A DNA stretch of 64,000 nucleotides, taken from Terriglobia bacterium. GTDB lineage: Bacteria > Acidobacteriota > Terriglobia > Bryobacterales > Bryobacteraceae. The notes beneath the pieces were generated by a model that was not told the origin of the DNA, did no database searches, and worked only from the letters and a program-made list of their open reading frames with translations. Position 1 is the stretch's first letter; each line of letters starts with the position of its first letter. The position numbers were made by a program, and so were the translations under genes. Location: assembly GCA_021325175.1 (NCBI GenBank), contig JAJPHS010000127.1, forward strand, positions 12,909-76,908, given 5' to 3'. Positions 36,007 to 47,759 of the stretch are shown here, one piece after another.

Positions 36007-37347
36007 ATGACGGAAAGCGTAACGACAGCGGCAGTGACGAATCCGGCCAATGAGTGGGAGCGCATTAAGACCATTCTGGCCCGGAAAATCAGCCCGCAAT
36101 CGTATCAGAACTGGGTCGTGCGCACTTCTTTTGAAGGATTCGATTCGGGGGTGGTCCGGGTCAGCGTTCCGGACCAGGTGACCAAGGAGTTCATGGAGCA
36201 GGAGTACGCTGAAGAGGTGCGGTCGGCGGCGCGCGAGCTGAATCTGCACATCGAGTGTGTGCGGTACATCCCGAAACCGGCGCATTTTTCGGCGCCCGCC
36301 GAAAGCGCGGAACCGATTTTTGGCTCGGCCGTGAGCCACATCAATCCGCGATTTGACTTCAAGAATTTCGTCGTCGGTTCCTGCAATCAGTTTGCGCACG
36401 CGGCCGCCAAAGCCGTGGCGCACACTCCCTCGCGCAGTTATAACCCGCTGTTCCTTTATGGCGGAGTCGGCGTGGGAAAAACGCACTTGATGCATGCCAT
36501 CGGACGCGAGCTGCTGGAGCGCTATCCGGCGATGCGAATCGTCTACACCTCGAGCGAGCGGTTTATGAACGAGATGATCACTTGCGTGAAATCTGAGCGG
36601 ATGCCGGCCTTTCATCGGCATTACCGGTCGGCTGACGTGCTGCTGGTGGACGATATCCAGGTGCTCGCCGGCAAGGAGCGAACGCAAGAGGAGTTTTTTC
36701 ATACCTTCAACGAGCTCTACGACCACCAGAAGCAGATCGTGATTTCAAGCGACTCCGCGCCGAAAAGCACGCCGGGATTGGTGGAGCGGCTGCGATCGCG
36801 CTTCGAATGGGGTCTGATGGTCGATATCCAGCCGCCGGATCTCGAAACCAAGATGGCGATCCTCGATAAAAAAGCAGAGCAGGAAGGGGTCCATCTGCCG
36901 GAGGATGTGCGAAACTACATCGCAACAAAAACGAAGTCGAATGTTCGGGAGCTTGAAGGAGCGCTGCTCAAGCTGGTCGCGTATTCGGAAGTAACCGGAT
37001 CGGCGATTACGCTTCCGATGGCGCAGCAGGTGCTCAAATATCTGATTCCGACGGGAGAAAAACGAATCACCATGGATGCGGTGCTGCGCGCGGTGGCCGA
37101 AAAGTTCCAGTTGCAGCCGGCCATGCTGAAGCAAAAAACCAATGCGCGGCACATCGCTTATCCGCGGCAGGTGGCGATGTATTTGATTAAGGAGCTAACG
37201 CAATCCTCGCTGCCGGAAATCGGGCGTATGTTCGGCGGCAAACATCACACCACAGTGCTTCATTCGGTGCAGAAGATCGACCGGCTGCGCCGCGAGGACG
37301 CGGAAGTGAACAGACTCATCCACAGCGTAATCGATTCGATTCATTGA
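36007..37347 (+). CDS. dnaA: Chromosomal replication initiator DnaA
   Basis: Walker A LYGGVGVGKTHLMHAIG, DDIQVLAGKERTQEEFFHTFN and C-terminal DNA-binding HTTVLHSVQKI. The track ORF starts at TTG 35962 inside the DnaA boxes; ATG 36007 is preferred. Confidence 0.97.
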   Translation: MTESVTTAAVTNPANEWERIKTILARKISPQSYQNWVVRTSFEGFDSGVVRVSVPDQVTKEFMEQEYAEEVRSAARELNLHIECVRYIPKPAHFSAPAESAEPIFGSAVSHINPRFDFKNFVVGSCNQFAHAAAKAVAHTPSRSYNPLFLYGGVGVGKTHLMHAIGRELLERYPAMRIVYTSSERFMNEMITCVKSERMPAFHRHYRSADVLLVDDIQVLAGKERTQEEFFHTFNELYDHQKQIVISSDSAPKSTPGLVERLRSRFEWGLMVDIQPPDLETKMAILDKKAEQEGVHLPEDVRNYIATKTKSNVRELEGALLKLVAYSEVTGSAITLPMAQQVLKYLIPTGEKRITMDAVLRAVAEKFQLQPAMLKQKTNARHIAYPRQVAMYLIKELTQSSLPEIGRMFGGKHHTTVLHSVQKIDRLRREDAEVNRLIHSVIDSIH

Positions 37348-37592
37348 GCTTAGAATCGCGTCACACAACCGGATGTGGAGAATTGCTGTGAACCGCTGTG
37401 GATGGATTCCGCAAGGCGGAATCAGGCACCGTTTTCGGCTTAGGAACGCACAGGTTTTGGTGGTTTTAACCCCACGGTCTTGCTATAATTTAGGAAGAAA
37501 TCAACTTTTCAACAGTCCCTATGAATCTTCTTCTTATCTAAAGATTATTTGGAACAGGATTAGAAGAGAAGAGCAGTCAAGGAATCGTCTAA
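37348..37592. promoter_or_regulatory. dnaA-dnaN intergenic region: candidate oriC / dnaN promoter
   Basis: DnaA-box-like TGTGGAGAA (37374-37382, one mismatch as TTCTCCACA) and TGTGGATGG (37397-37405). Extended -10 TGCTATAAT (37481-37489). Markedly AT-rich stretch at 37470-37590. Confidence 0.45.
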
Positions 37593-38726
37593 ATGGAATT
37601 CACCGTCAGCAGGGCCGATCTGGTACGTGAATTGAACCTTTCCCAGGGCGTGGTTGAGAAGAAGACCACGATTCCGATTCTGTCTAACGTGCTGGTGGAG
37701 GCGGATGGCGATCGGATTCATCTGACGGCGACTGACCTGGAACTAGGCATCCGTTGCTCGTGCGCGGCGCGGGTGAAGAAATCGGGAGGCGGGACGATTC
37801 CGGCGCGGAGGCTGCTCGATTACGTGCGGCTGCTGCCGGATGGCGACGTTCAGGTAAAAATTCAAGACAACCATTGGGCCAGCCTGGTCAGCGGGAGATC
37901 GCGCACGCGCATCGCCGGCATGTCGCGCGAGAGTTTTCCGGAGCTGCCGCGGATGCCGTCACAGCTCGCGGAAATTCCGATTGGTGTGATCGGTTCGATG
38001 ATCGGCAAAACAATCTTCGCGATTTCCGCCGAGGAATCACGTTTTACGTTGAACGGCGCGCTGCTGGTATTGCGCAAGGGCGGGATCACGATGGTGGCGA
38101 CCGACGGTCATCGTCTGGCGATGGTGGAGAGCGAAGGCGAGATCGAGGGAATCTCTGGCGAGTATCGGGCGCTGCTTCCGAAAAAGGCCATGCAGGAGCT
38201 GCAAAAACTGGCGGGCGAAGCGGACGCCGCATCGCTGGTGAAGTTTTCAGGCGATGAAAATCATCTGTTTTTCGAGCTCGGCGACAGGCTGCTGTTGAGT
38301 CGTAAGCTGACCGGAAATTTTCCGGATTACGCACGCGTGCTGCCTAAGGACCATCCCTACTCGGTTACGCTCGAACGGGATGAGTTTCGCGGTGCGATCG
38401 AGCGCGTGGCGCAATTTTCTGATGAGCGTTCGCGCGCCATCCGCGTTCGTGTCGCTCCGGGTGAAGTGAAGGTACATTCCTCGGTTTCCGATACCGGCGA
38501 GAGCGAGGAAAGCATTTTAGCGTCGTACGAGGGTCCGGCGGTGGAGATTGGATTCAACGCGCAATACCTGCTGGAATTTTTGCGTGCGTTGAATGAGCCG
38601 CGGGTGATGTTCCTGTTCAAGGATCCGAATAGCGCGGGCGAGATGCGTCCGGCCGAGACCGAAGGCGGGGGCGCGGCGTCCCAGACGTATCACTACCGCT
38701 ACGTCATCATGCCGATGAGGATTTAA
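37593..38726 (+). CDS. dnaN: DNA polymerase III beta sliding clamp
   Basis: 377 aa. MEFTVSRADLVRELNLSQGVVEKKTTIPILSNVL N-terminus and C-terminal YVIMPMRI. Confidence 0.97.
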   Translation: MEFTVSRADLVRELNLSQGVVEKKTTIPILSNVLVEADGDRIHLTATDLELGIRCSCAARVKKSGGGTIPARRLLDYVRLLPDGDVQVKIQDNHWASLVSGRSRTRIAGMSRESFPELPRMPSQLAEIPIGVIGSMIGKTIFAISAEESRFTLNGALLVLRKGGITMVATDGHRLAMVESEGEIEGISGEYRALLPKKAMQELQKLAGEADAASLVKFSGDENHLFFELGDRLLLSRKLTGNFPDYARVLPKDHPYSVTLERDEFRGAIERVAQFSDERSRAIRVRVAPGEVKVHSSVSDTGESEESILASYEGPAVEIGFNAQYLLEFLRALNEPRVMFLFKDPNSAGEMRPAETEGGGAASQTYHYRYVIMPMRI

Positions 38727-38747
38727 AAGGCGGTTCATGGTACGTAG

Positions 38748-41231
<2,484 letters not shown>

Positions 41232-41464
41232 AAAAGCACACCGCGCGATCTTCGAAGCATAGTTCGCGTTTCCGCCGAAGGTGGCCCAGAGATCCAGGCG
41301 GATGTGAAATTGCCCCTGGAGCAGATGGCTTCTGTTTTAGGGAACCGATCGCCATTCTTTCTTAGGTATTAGCTCCAGGAATTTGGCACGTAGGGCGGAC
41401 AATTGGCCGATTTTTCAAGCTGGAAATCCGCGTGCTTTAATACGGTGTCAGGAGGTACACTACC

Positions 41465-41953
41465 ATGCAGAGTCTACGCACGCTTTGGCGCGTGGCAGCA
41501 GTCACGTTTCTGCTTGCGGGTTTTTTTGGCCTTCAGTCGCACGTCCTGGAGGGCCGCATGACGGGAGGCGGCAATATCGTTTCCGGCGCTACTCTGGTAA
41601 CGTTCGGAACAGAGCTACACTGCGATGTGAGTAAGACCCCCAATAATCTAGAGGTGAACTTTGGCGGGAACCGTTTTCATATGGACGATCTGGCGGGTGC
41701 AAGCTGCTCGCTGCTCGGCAATCCTGCGCCCCCGCCGGCGCCCTTTAATACCTATTTCGGTCACGGTTTCGGGACGTACAACGGCAATCCCGGATACCAG
41801 ATCGACTGGGTTTTCCAGGATTTCGGCGAGCCGGGCGTGGGCACGGACACCGCCGATATCACGATCACCGCGCCCGGCGGCGCTGTGATTCTGAATGCGT
41901 CGGGAACACTGCAATCGGGAAATCTTCAAGCACACGCGGAAACGGGCCAGTAG
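41465..41953 (+). CDS. Secreted hypothetical protein
   Basis: Signal peptide. MTGGG ... NNLEVNFGGNRFHM ... DFGEPGVGTD ... GNLQAH pattern with no assignable function. Confidence 0.6.
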   Translation: MQSLRTLWRVAAVTFLLAGFFGLQSHVLEGRMTGGGNIVSGATLVTFGTELHCDVSKTPNNLEVNFGGNRFHMDDLAGASCSLLGNPAPPPAPFNTYFGHGFGTYNGNPGYQIDWVFQDFGEPGVGTDTADITITAPGGAVILNASGTLQSGNLQAHAETGQ

Positions 41954-42003
41954 TTTATGTAGACGTTCGGGCGAGAGCGCACCGAATCTCCGCTCTTCCA
42001 AAA

Positions 42004-42165
42004 CTAGAGCGTCGATCCGGTGTAGGTGACGCGCTTGCGCAGAAAATGCGTCCGCTGCTCGATGGGCCTGTCCATCAGCCGCCGGATCATGTCGAGCAAT
42101 TCGCGGTCACACTCTTTTTTTAACGCCGCGAGTTTTTGTTTTCTGCCGGCGCGCTTCTTCTTCAT
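42004..42165 (-). CDS. Candidate small ORF (53 aa) overlapping the 3' end of the nucleotidyltransferase gene in another frame, or its frameshifted C-terminus
   Basis: Own translation: MKKKRAGRKQKLAALKKECDRELLDMIRRLMDRPIEQRTHFLRKRVTYTGSTL. G/C-rich third positions in the non-overlapping part. It is below the track length cut-off. Coordinates are +/-1 because my reading of the T-run at about 42115-42121 is uncertain. Confidence 0.3.
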   Translation of the reverse strand: MKKKRAGRKQKLAALKKECDRELLDMIRRLMDRPIEQRTHFLRKRVTYTGSTL

Positions 42166-42619
42166 GCAGGGCCTTTTCCAGAATATCCAACACAGCCTTA
42201 TCTCGCGGCCGGGCGGCGGCTCGTTTGCTCTTCACGATCGCGGCGAGATTGGCGATGAGCAGCGAGCAATCTCCGAGCTTCACCTCGTCGGCTTGAGCGC
42301 GTAAGGCGGCGAAGGAGCGCACTCCGTGAATGCTTCCCATGAAGTCCGCCTGAAGACCGGAATCTTCGCGCACCAGGCGGTACAGATCGGAAACCGGATA
42401 GTATGGCCGAAGTAAAACACCATTCAGGTCTCTTGCGAGCGTCTTCAATTTTTTAAGATTCCGCGGCGTTTTGCGAAAGAAAAAATCGAAATCGACGGTG
42501 GTGACGGGAGCGCCGCGAAGCGCCGCGGCGGCGTTGCCGATCAGAATCGCTTCGAGGCCGATCTTATTGAGCGCGCGCGCCAGTTCTTCGAGAAGCGGCC
42601 GCGCGTCCATGACGTTCAC
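42107..42619 (-). CDS. Minimal nucleotidyltransferase-fold protein (function unknown)
   Basis: GNAAAALRGAPVTTVDFDFFF resembles the G-x-...-D-x-D nucleotidyltransferase core. 170 aa, with a K/R-rich tail ending in an A7 tract. Confidence 0.6.
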   Translation of the reverse strand: MNVMDARPLLEELARALNKIGLEAILIGNAAAALRGAPVTTVDFDFFFRKTPRNLKKLKTLARDLNGVLLRPYYPVSDLYRLVREDSGLQADFMGSIHGVRSFAALRAQADEVKLGDCSLLIANLAAIVKSKRAAARPRDKAVLDILEKALHEEEARRQKTKTRGVKKRV

Positions 42620-42628
42620 TCTAACATT

Positions 42629-43714
42629 TCAATCCACGTACACTCGCGTGACCCGGGCATGGATGCCGCACAGCACGCTATAGGAAATCGTCCCCGCCCA
42701 GCGCGCGATCTGCTGCGCGTCGATGGAAACCGAGCCTTCCGAGCCGAGCAGCGTCACGGCATCGCCCGCCCGCAGATCCGTATCCGTCGCATCGATGGTG
42801 GTCAGATCCATGGACACCGCGCCGATAATGGGAACCAGCTTCCCGCGGGCGATTACCTTGCCGCGATTCGACAAGCGGTGCGGGATGCCGTCGGCGTAAC
42901 CGGCGGCCAGCACCGCGATGCGCATCGCGCGCGGGGCGCGATAAATTCCGCCATAGCCGACTAGCGCGCCCGCCTCGATATCCTTAACCGAGAGCACGGC
43001 CGCTTTCCAGGAGAGCGCCGGCCGGACCTCGAGCGCCGGCGGCGGCGCCGGTCCGCGGCCCGGCGAGACGTAACCATAAATCGCATGGCCGGGACGAACC
43101 AGGTTTCCCCAGGCCTCCGTGCGCCGGTAGGCGACCGGAATCGTGCTCGAAAGATGCACATAGGCCGGAGCGACGCCGCGAGCCCGAAACGCCGCGAGCA
43201 CGGCCGCGAAGCGCGCGATCTGCTCCTCGGTCTGGCGGCTTTCATAATTGGCCGAAGAGGCGAAGTGCGTCATCAATCCTTCAAGCGGCGCGGGCGCGGC
43301 CAGAACGGCGCGCAGTATCTCGGCCGGCTCGGCTCGCGTGCCGAGCCGGCCCATGCCGCTGTCGATTTTCAGATGATAAGGCACGCGCACCGCGGCCAGA
43401 TCTTCCAGCGAATGAACCACGGGAGTCAGGCTAAATGTTTCAAGCGCGGCGCGGTCTTCCGAAAGAAAATCCGCCATCACCAGAATTCGCGCGGCGATTC
43501 CGGCCTGGCGCAGCGCGATTCCTTCGCTGGTGTTTGAAACCGCCAGCCAGCGGACGCCTTCAGATTCGAGCACCCGGGAAATTTCGATCGCGCCGTGGCG
43601 ATAGGCGTCGGCTTTGACCACCGCCATCACCTCGGCGCGTCCCTCGAGCACGCCGCGAACCGCGCGATAATTCTCGCGAATGCGCCCCAGCGACACCTCC
43701 ACCCAGCTACGCAT
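42629..43714 (-). CDS. alr: Alanine racemase
   Basis: PLP-lysine motif AVVKADAYRHG and a C-terminal beta-domain. 361 aa. Confidence 0.93.
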   Translation of the reverse strand: MRSWVEVSLGRIRENYRAVRGVLEGRAEVMAVVKADAYRHGAIEISRVLESEGVRWLAVSNTSEGIALRQAGIAARILVMADFLSEDRAALETFSLTPVVHSLEDLAAVRVPYHLKIDSGMGRLGTRAEPAEILRAVLAAPAPLEGLMTHFASSANYESRQTEEQIARFAAVLAAFRARGVAPAYVHLSSTIPVAYRRTEAWGNLVRPGHAIYGYVSPGRGPAPPPALEVRPALSWKAAVLSVKDIEAGALVGYGGIYRAPRAMRIAVLAAGYADGIPHRLSNRGKVIARGKLVPIIGAVSMDLTTIDATDTDLRAGDAVTLLGSEGSVSIDAQQIARWAGTISYSVLCGIHARVTRVYVD

Positions 43715-44792
43715 GGCGCGCCAAACTTATCAGCAGTTTTTCATAAGCATCAGTGACGGCGTCCCAACTGTATTGCGCCCGCACGCGATCGATAGCGCGC
43801 GCGCGAAGCCGGCTGCGCTCTGCTTCCGGCATTTCGAGCACACGCTGGATCTGCTGGGCGAGATCGGAGTGGCGGAACGGGACTCCCGCGCCGCCCGCGA
43901 CCTCGCGATTTTCCGGATTGTCCAAATATAGAACGAGCGCCCCGCGGCCCATCGCCTCGATCAGCGCCGGATGCGTACCGCCAACTTCGGTGGCGTGAAT
44001 ATAAGCGAAGCAGTGCGAGCCGAGCTCGCGATAGCCCTGGCCGTAGATCGCGCCCGGAATCACAATTCGCCGATCTTGTGTATCCCGAACCTGGCGGATG
44101 TACTCCGCTGCGTACGGCGCATCTCCAATGAGCGCGAGCTTCATCGTGGTCCGCACTTTTTCGAAGGCCTGGCGCACCAGCAGAGGATTATTCTCCGGCT
44201 CCATCCGGCTGACGTAGAGAAAATATCGCTCCGGCTCCAAGCCCAGCCGGTCGAGCTCCGCAGTAGTTTGCACTTTTCCGGTTTCGGCGCCGTAGGGAAT
44301 CATGATGGACTCCCGATGATAACGGTCGCGATAATATCGCGCGATGTGCGCGGCATCGGTGACCAGGGCGTTTGGCATCCAGGTGGCGAGCCACTCCGAG
44401 GCGCGATACCATGCTTTGGCCGCCGCGTTCCATTTCTTGCGGTTGCGCTCCAGGCCATCGACGTTCAGCGCGACCGGTATCGCCGCGGCGCGCGGGATCC
44501 AGGTGAAGATCGCGTTGGCGGCGTTGCAATAGAGAACGGCGTGCTGTCGAGCGAAGACGAGATGGAGCGTCGAAAAGAACGTGTGCGCGACTGTGTCCAA
44601 ATATTTGTGGCGGATGGTTGGCAGGTATTTCAATGCAACGCCGCGATATTTCTTCTCAGTATGGCGATCGCGGCAATACACCGTCACCCGATGGCCGCGG
44701 GCGGCAAGGCGGGTTGAAAGCTCCTCGGCGAAGGTTTCAAAGCCGCCGTATCGTGCGGGGATGCCGCGAGTGCCCAGGATCGCAAAATTCAC
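43707..44792 (-). CDS. Glycosyltransferase family 4 (GT-B, DUF1972-type N-terminus)
   Basis: MNFAILGTRGIPARYGGFETFAEELSTRL N-terminus and a C-terminal EVGGTHPALIEAM E-x7-E-like region. Confidence 0.85.
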   Translation of the reverse strand: MNFAILGTRGIPARYGGFETFAEELSTRLAARGHRVTVYCRDRHTEKKYRGVALKYLPTIRHKYLDTVAHTFFSTLHLVFARQHAVLYCNAANAIFTWIPRAAAIPVALNVDGLERNRKKWNAAAKAWYRASEWLATWMPNALVTDAAHIARYYRDRYHRESIMIPYGAETGKVQTTAELDRLGLEPERYFLYVSRMEPENNPLLVRQAFEKVRTTMKLALIGDAPYAAEYIRQVRDTQDRRIVIPGAIYGQGYRELGSHCFAYIHATEVGGTHPALIEAMGRGALVLYLDNPENREVAGGAGVPFRHSDLAQQIQRVLEMPEAERSRLRARAIDRVRAQYSWDAVTDAYEKLLISLARHA

Positions 44793-44822
44793 TTACTGCT
44801 TCTAATTATCCGCGTGTTTTCA

Positions 44823-45872
44823 TTATCCGCGAGCGGCGCGGGCTTTTGCCAGCCCGCGCGCGGTGGGCCGCGGAGCCGGACGGCTCACCGGCTTATAGGA
44901 GAACCAACTGGCGATGTAATCGTCCTTGACCCGGCGGCGCTTCATGATTTCGGCGCGCTTGGCGAGCACCCGCCTCCAGTTGCGCGCCAGATACAGGAAC
45001 GCCTTAAGCGAGGTGTGCTCGCGCAGCAGGCAGGCGCAGACCACGACGATGTCGCGCACGGTGATCGAGAACCAGTTGCGGCGGTAGAGATCCCCGGTCA
45101 TGTTCTTGATGCGCATCAGGAACCGGTTCTTCACCGAGTGCATGTTGATTTCCGGCGGCAGCGCGCGGCGATTGCCGGGCAGCACGTTCCGGACATGATA
45201 ACCGCGGGCCAGCGGCGTATAGATGCATCGCCAGCCCATCAACTGCGCGCGCCAGGCGACGTCGGCGTCTTCGCGATACACGAAAAAATCGGGATCGAAG
45301 AATTCGCCGTCAATCTGAATATCCTCGATCATCTGCCGCCGGTAGAGCGCGGCCGCCGCGGTCGCGCCGAAGACGTATTCAAAATTGACGTAGTGCCCGT
45401 TGTCCACTTCCTGGCTGCCGCGATCCAGATGCCGGAGCATCGGCGTGAAATAGATTCCCGTCGAATCGACAAGCTGCTTTTCCGGAAGATCGAACGTGGC
45501 CCGTATGGTGAGCAGCTTGCCGCATACGGTGCCGACTTTGGGATCCAACTGGCCCGCCTCCACCAGCGCCTGGATGAAGTTTTTCAGTAGCAAAACGTCA
45601 GGATTGAGCGTCAGGATCCACTCACCCCGGGATAGGGAGATCGCCTGATTTTGCGCCGCCGCGAACCCGATGTTCTGACTGTTGTAATGGATCCGGCAGC
45701 GGTCCTCGAAGCGCTCCAGAATATCCGTGGTGCCGTCGGTGGAGGCGTTGTCGATGACCACCACCTCCAGATTCGGATACTTTTGTTCCAACACGGATTC
45801 CAGGCATCGTTTAATGAATCGGCCGCTATTGTAAGTGACGATTGTGACGGAGACTAAGTCGTTGTAGGCCAT
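44823..45872 (-). CDS. Glycosyltransferase family 2
   Basis: VSVTIVTYNSGRFIKRCLESVL, VVVIDNASTDGT and a downstream DxD region. Confidence 0.87.
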   Translation of the reverse strand: MAYNDLVSVTIVTYNSGRFIKRCLESVLEQKYPNLEVVVIDNASTDGTTDILERFEDRCRIHYNSQNIGFAAAQNQAISLSRGEWILTLNPDVLLLKNFIQALVEAGQLDPKVGTVCGKLLTIRATFDLPEKQLVDSTGIYFTPMLRHLDRGSQEVDNGHYVNFEYVFGATAAAALYRRQMIEDIQIDGEFFDPDFFVYREDADVAWRAQLMGWRCIYTPLARGYHVRNVLPGNRRALPPEINMHSVKNRFLMRIKNMTGDLYRRNWFSITVRDIVVVCACLLREHTSLKAFLYLARNWRRVLAKRAEIMKRRRVKDDYIASWFSYKPVSRPAPRPTARGLAKARAARG

Positions 45873-45881
45873 GCGAATGGT

Positions 45882-46784
45882 TTATAAATTCGGTGGTACT
45901 ACGCCGCGCCCCCTTTGCGACATAAGGCACAGCCCGGCAATACGTACAATCCTTAAACCTGCAAGGATGGGGGCCAGAGTCCGTTGTTCCATCATCCCCG
46001 CGACCATCCGCGGGAAGGAGCTGACCAAAACCGCCATGCAAACCGCGCGGTAACCGAAGTCGCTGAAGTGCTTAGCGGCATACCTTAGAAGGCTAACACA
46101 CCAGTACACGGCACGGCACCCGGGGGCGAGCTGGGCGATGGAGTGGGCGCCGCGATGCCTGGCCTGGACGTTCGGCAGATATTCGATCCGGTATCCGGCT
46201 TGCGCGGCCCGGCGGCAAAAATCGACGTCTTCAAACCATATGGGATAAAATTTTTCATCAAATCCACCCAATTTTTCCCACACATCCCGCCGGAACATGA
46301 GGAACGCCCCCGCGGGCTGCTCGACCGCGCCCGCTTGATCGAGCGGGCGATCCAGATAGCGGTATTTTCGATTCACCGGGTTCGATGGCCACAGCCGATT
46401 TACTCCGAAAAGCTCGAAGATGAGCGAAGCGGGTGTAGGAAAACGGCGAATTGTGAAGCCCGCTTGCGCCTGCCCGCCAGAATCGACCAATTGGCCGGCC
46501 GCGAGGCCATGAGCGCGGCTTGCCTCCACCAGCGCGTCAACCGAAGTGAGCAAAGCAACGTCGGGATTTAACAGGAGAAAAAATTCGGAATCGCTGGCGC
46601 GAACGCCCTGATTCACGGCCGCGGCGAATCCGCGGTTGTGAGGATTGGCGATGTGCCGCGCCCCAGCCTGCGGAAGCGTGCGGTCGCGCGAGGCGTTATC
46701 GACCACCAGCGGCGCGACGGAAGGAGCCATGTCAGCAAGGCTCTCCAGGCAGCATCCGATGACCTGCGCGGAGTTGTGCGTCAC
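45882..46784 (-). CDS. Glycosyltransferase family 2 (first canonical start truncates conserved strand beta-1)
   Basis: (M)THNSAQVIGCCLESL, VVDNASRD, NRGFAAAVNQG. In-frame upstream codons encode LSVTAII but contain no ATG/GTG/TTG. Confidence 0.78.
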   Translation of the reverse strand: MTHNSAQVIGCCLESLADMAPSVAPLVVDNASRDRTLPQAGARHIANPHNRGFAAAVNQGVRASDSEFFLLLNPDVALLTSVDALVEASRAHGLAAGQLVDSGGQAQAGFTIRRFPTPASLIFELFGVNRLWPSNPVNRKYRYLDRPLDQAGAVEQPAGAFLMFRRDVWEKLGGFDEKFYPIWFEDVDFCRRAAQAGYRIEYLPNVQARHRGAHSIAQLAPGCRAVYWCVSLLRYAAKHFSDFGYRAVCMAVLVSSFPRMVAGMMEQRTLAPILAGLRIVRIAGLCLMSQRGRGVVPPNL

Positions 46785-46786
46785 AA

Positions 46787-47758
46787 TTATCGCCGTAACA
46801 GACAGAAGTAGACCCTCCAGTAACGGTCACAACCGGTCTGTCGTTGTATTTCAAAGATGTTATGCTCGCTCGCCTTAATGATGGTGCGCAACCGGTCCTG
46901 GAGCGCGCCGGCTAGTTCCCCATCCATCCGCCTCGCGCTTTTCAACCCATGGAGTTTGCCCCGAAACCACTCGTAACCCGCTCGGTGGCGAACCGCCAGC
47001 ATTCCCCATAGCAACTGTCCCGCCACAATTCGCCACAGCGATTCGGCGCGGAAGTACTTTGCCGCCAATAAGACCTGATTCCGGGAAAGGAAGAACACCG
47101 TGTCCGAATTCCACGCCCCCAGCGTGGCGCTGCCGCGATGCCGCGCCACGCAGTCCGGCAGATACACGCCGCTTCGCCCGGCGGCGGCGCAGCGAAGTCC
47201 GAAATCGATATCTTCGTAGTAGGATTCGAACCGCTCATCGAGCAGCCCAATTTCTTCGAACAGCCGGCGTTGAAACAGGGCCGCGGTCATGGGCGCGAAC
47301 CGGATGGCGCGCGCCTTGTTCCAATAAGCGGAATCGGGTTTTCCCGCTCCGCAGCGGTGCGGGCAGGCGGCGCGCGAAATTTCATCGAAAGCGCCGTCGA
47401 TGATCGAGGGGTCCGACGCCCGCAGAATTTTTCCCGTCGCGAAAGAGGCGTCCCCCATGCCGGCGAGCATTCTATCCAGCCATTCGCCATCGAGCGTCAC
47501 GTCATTGTTGAGGATCGCCACAACGTCGGCGCGCGCGGCTTCAATTCCGCGATTTACCGCCGCCGCGAAGCCCAGATTGCGTCCCAGCCGCAGCACCCTC
47601 GCGCCGGCGGATTCGGCGAACTCCGCCGAGCCGTCCGTCGAGCCGTTATCGGCCACGATCCACTCATCGAAGGGTCGCGTTTGCGCGGCGAGACTGGCGG
47701 CAAGCTCGCGCAGCAGATCAATGCGGTTGCAGTGCGGAACGACAGCGGCGGCGATCAT
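46787..47758 (-). CDS. Glycosyltransferase family 2
   Basis: AAVVPHCNRIDLLRELAASL, IVADNGSTDGS, NLGFAAAVNRG, LNNDV. Confidence 0.87.
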   Translation of the reverse strand: MIAAAVVPHCNRIDLLRELAASLAAQTRPFDEWIVADNGSTDGSAEFAESAGARVLRLGRNLGFAAAVNRGIEAARADVVAILNNDVTLDGEWLDRMLAGMGDASFATGKILRASDPSIIDGAFDEISRAACPHRCGAGKPDSAYWNKARAIRFAPMTAALFQRRLFEEIGLLDERFESYYEDIDFGLRCAAAGRSGVYLPDCVARHRGSATLGAWNSDTVFFLSRNQVLLAAKYFRAESLWRIVAGQLLWGMLAVRHRAGYEWFRGKLHGLKSARRMDGELAGALQDRLRTIIKASEHNIFEIQRQTGCDRYWRVYFCLLRR

Positions 47759-47759
47759 G

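Noticed and set aside
41384-41406. TGGCACG motif upstream of the secreted-protein gene, considered as a sigma54 (-24/-12) promoter.
   Set aside because: No GC dinucleotide at the required GG-N10-GC spacing. The nearest TTGGC is too far away, so the geometry does not fit.
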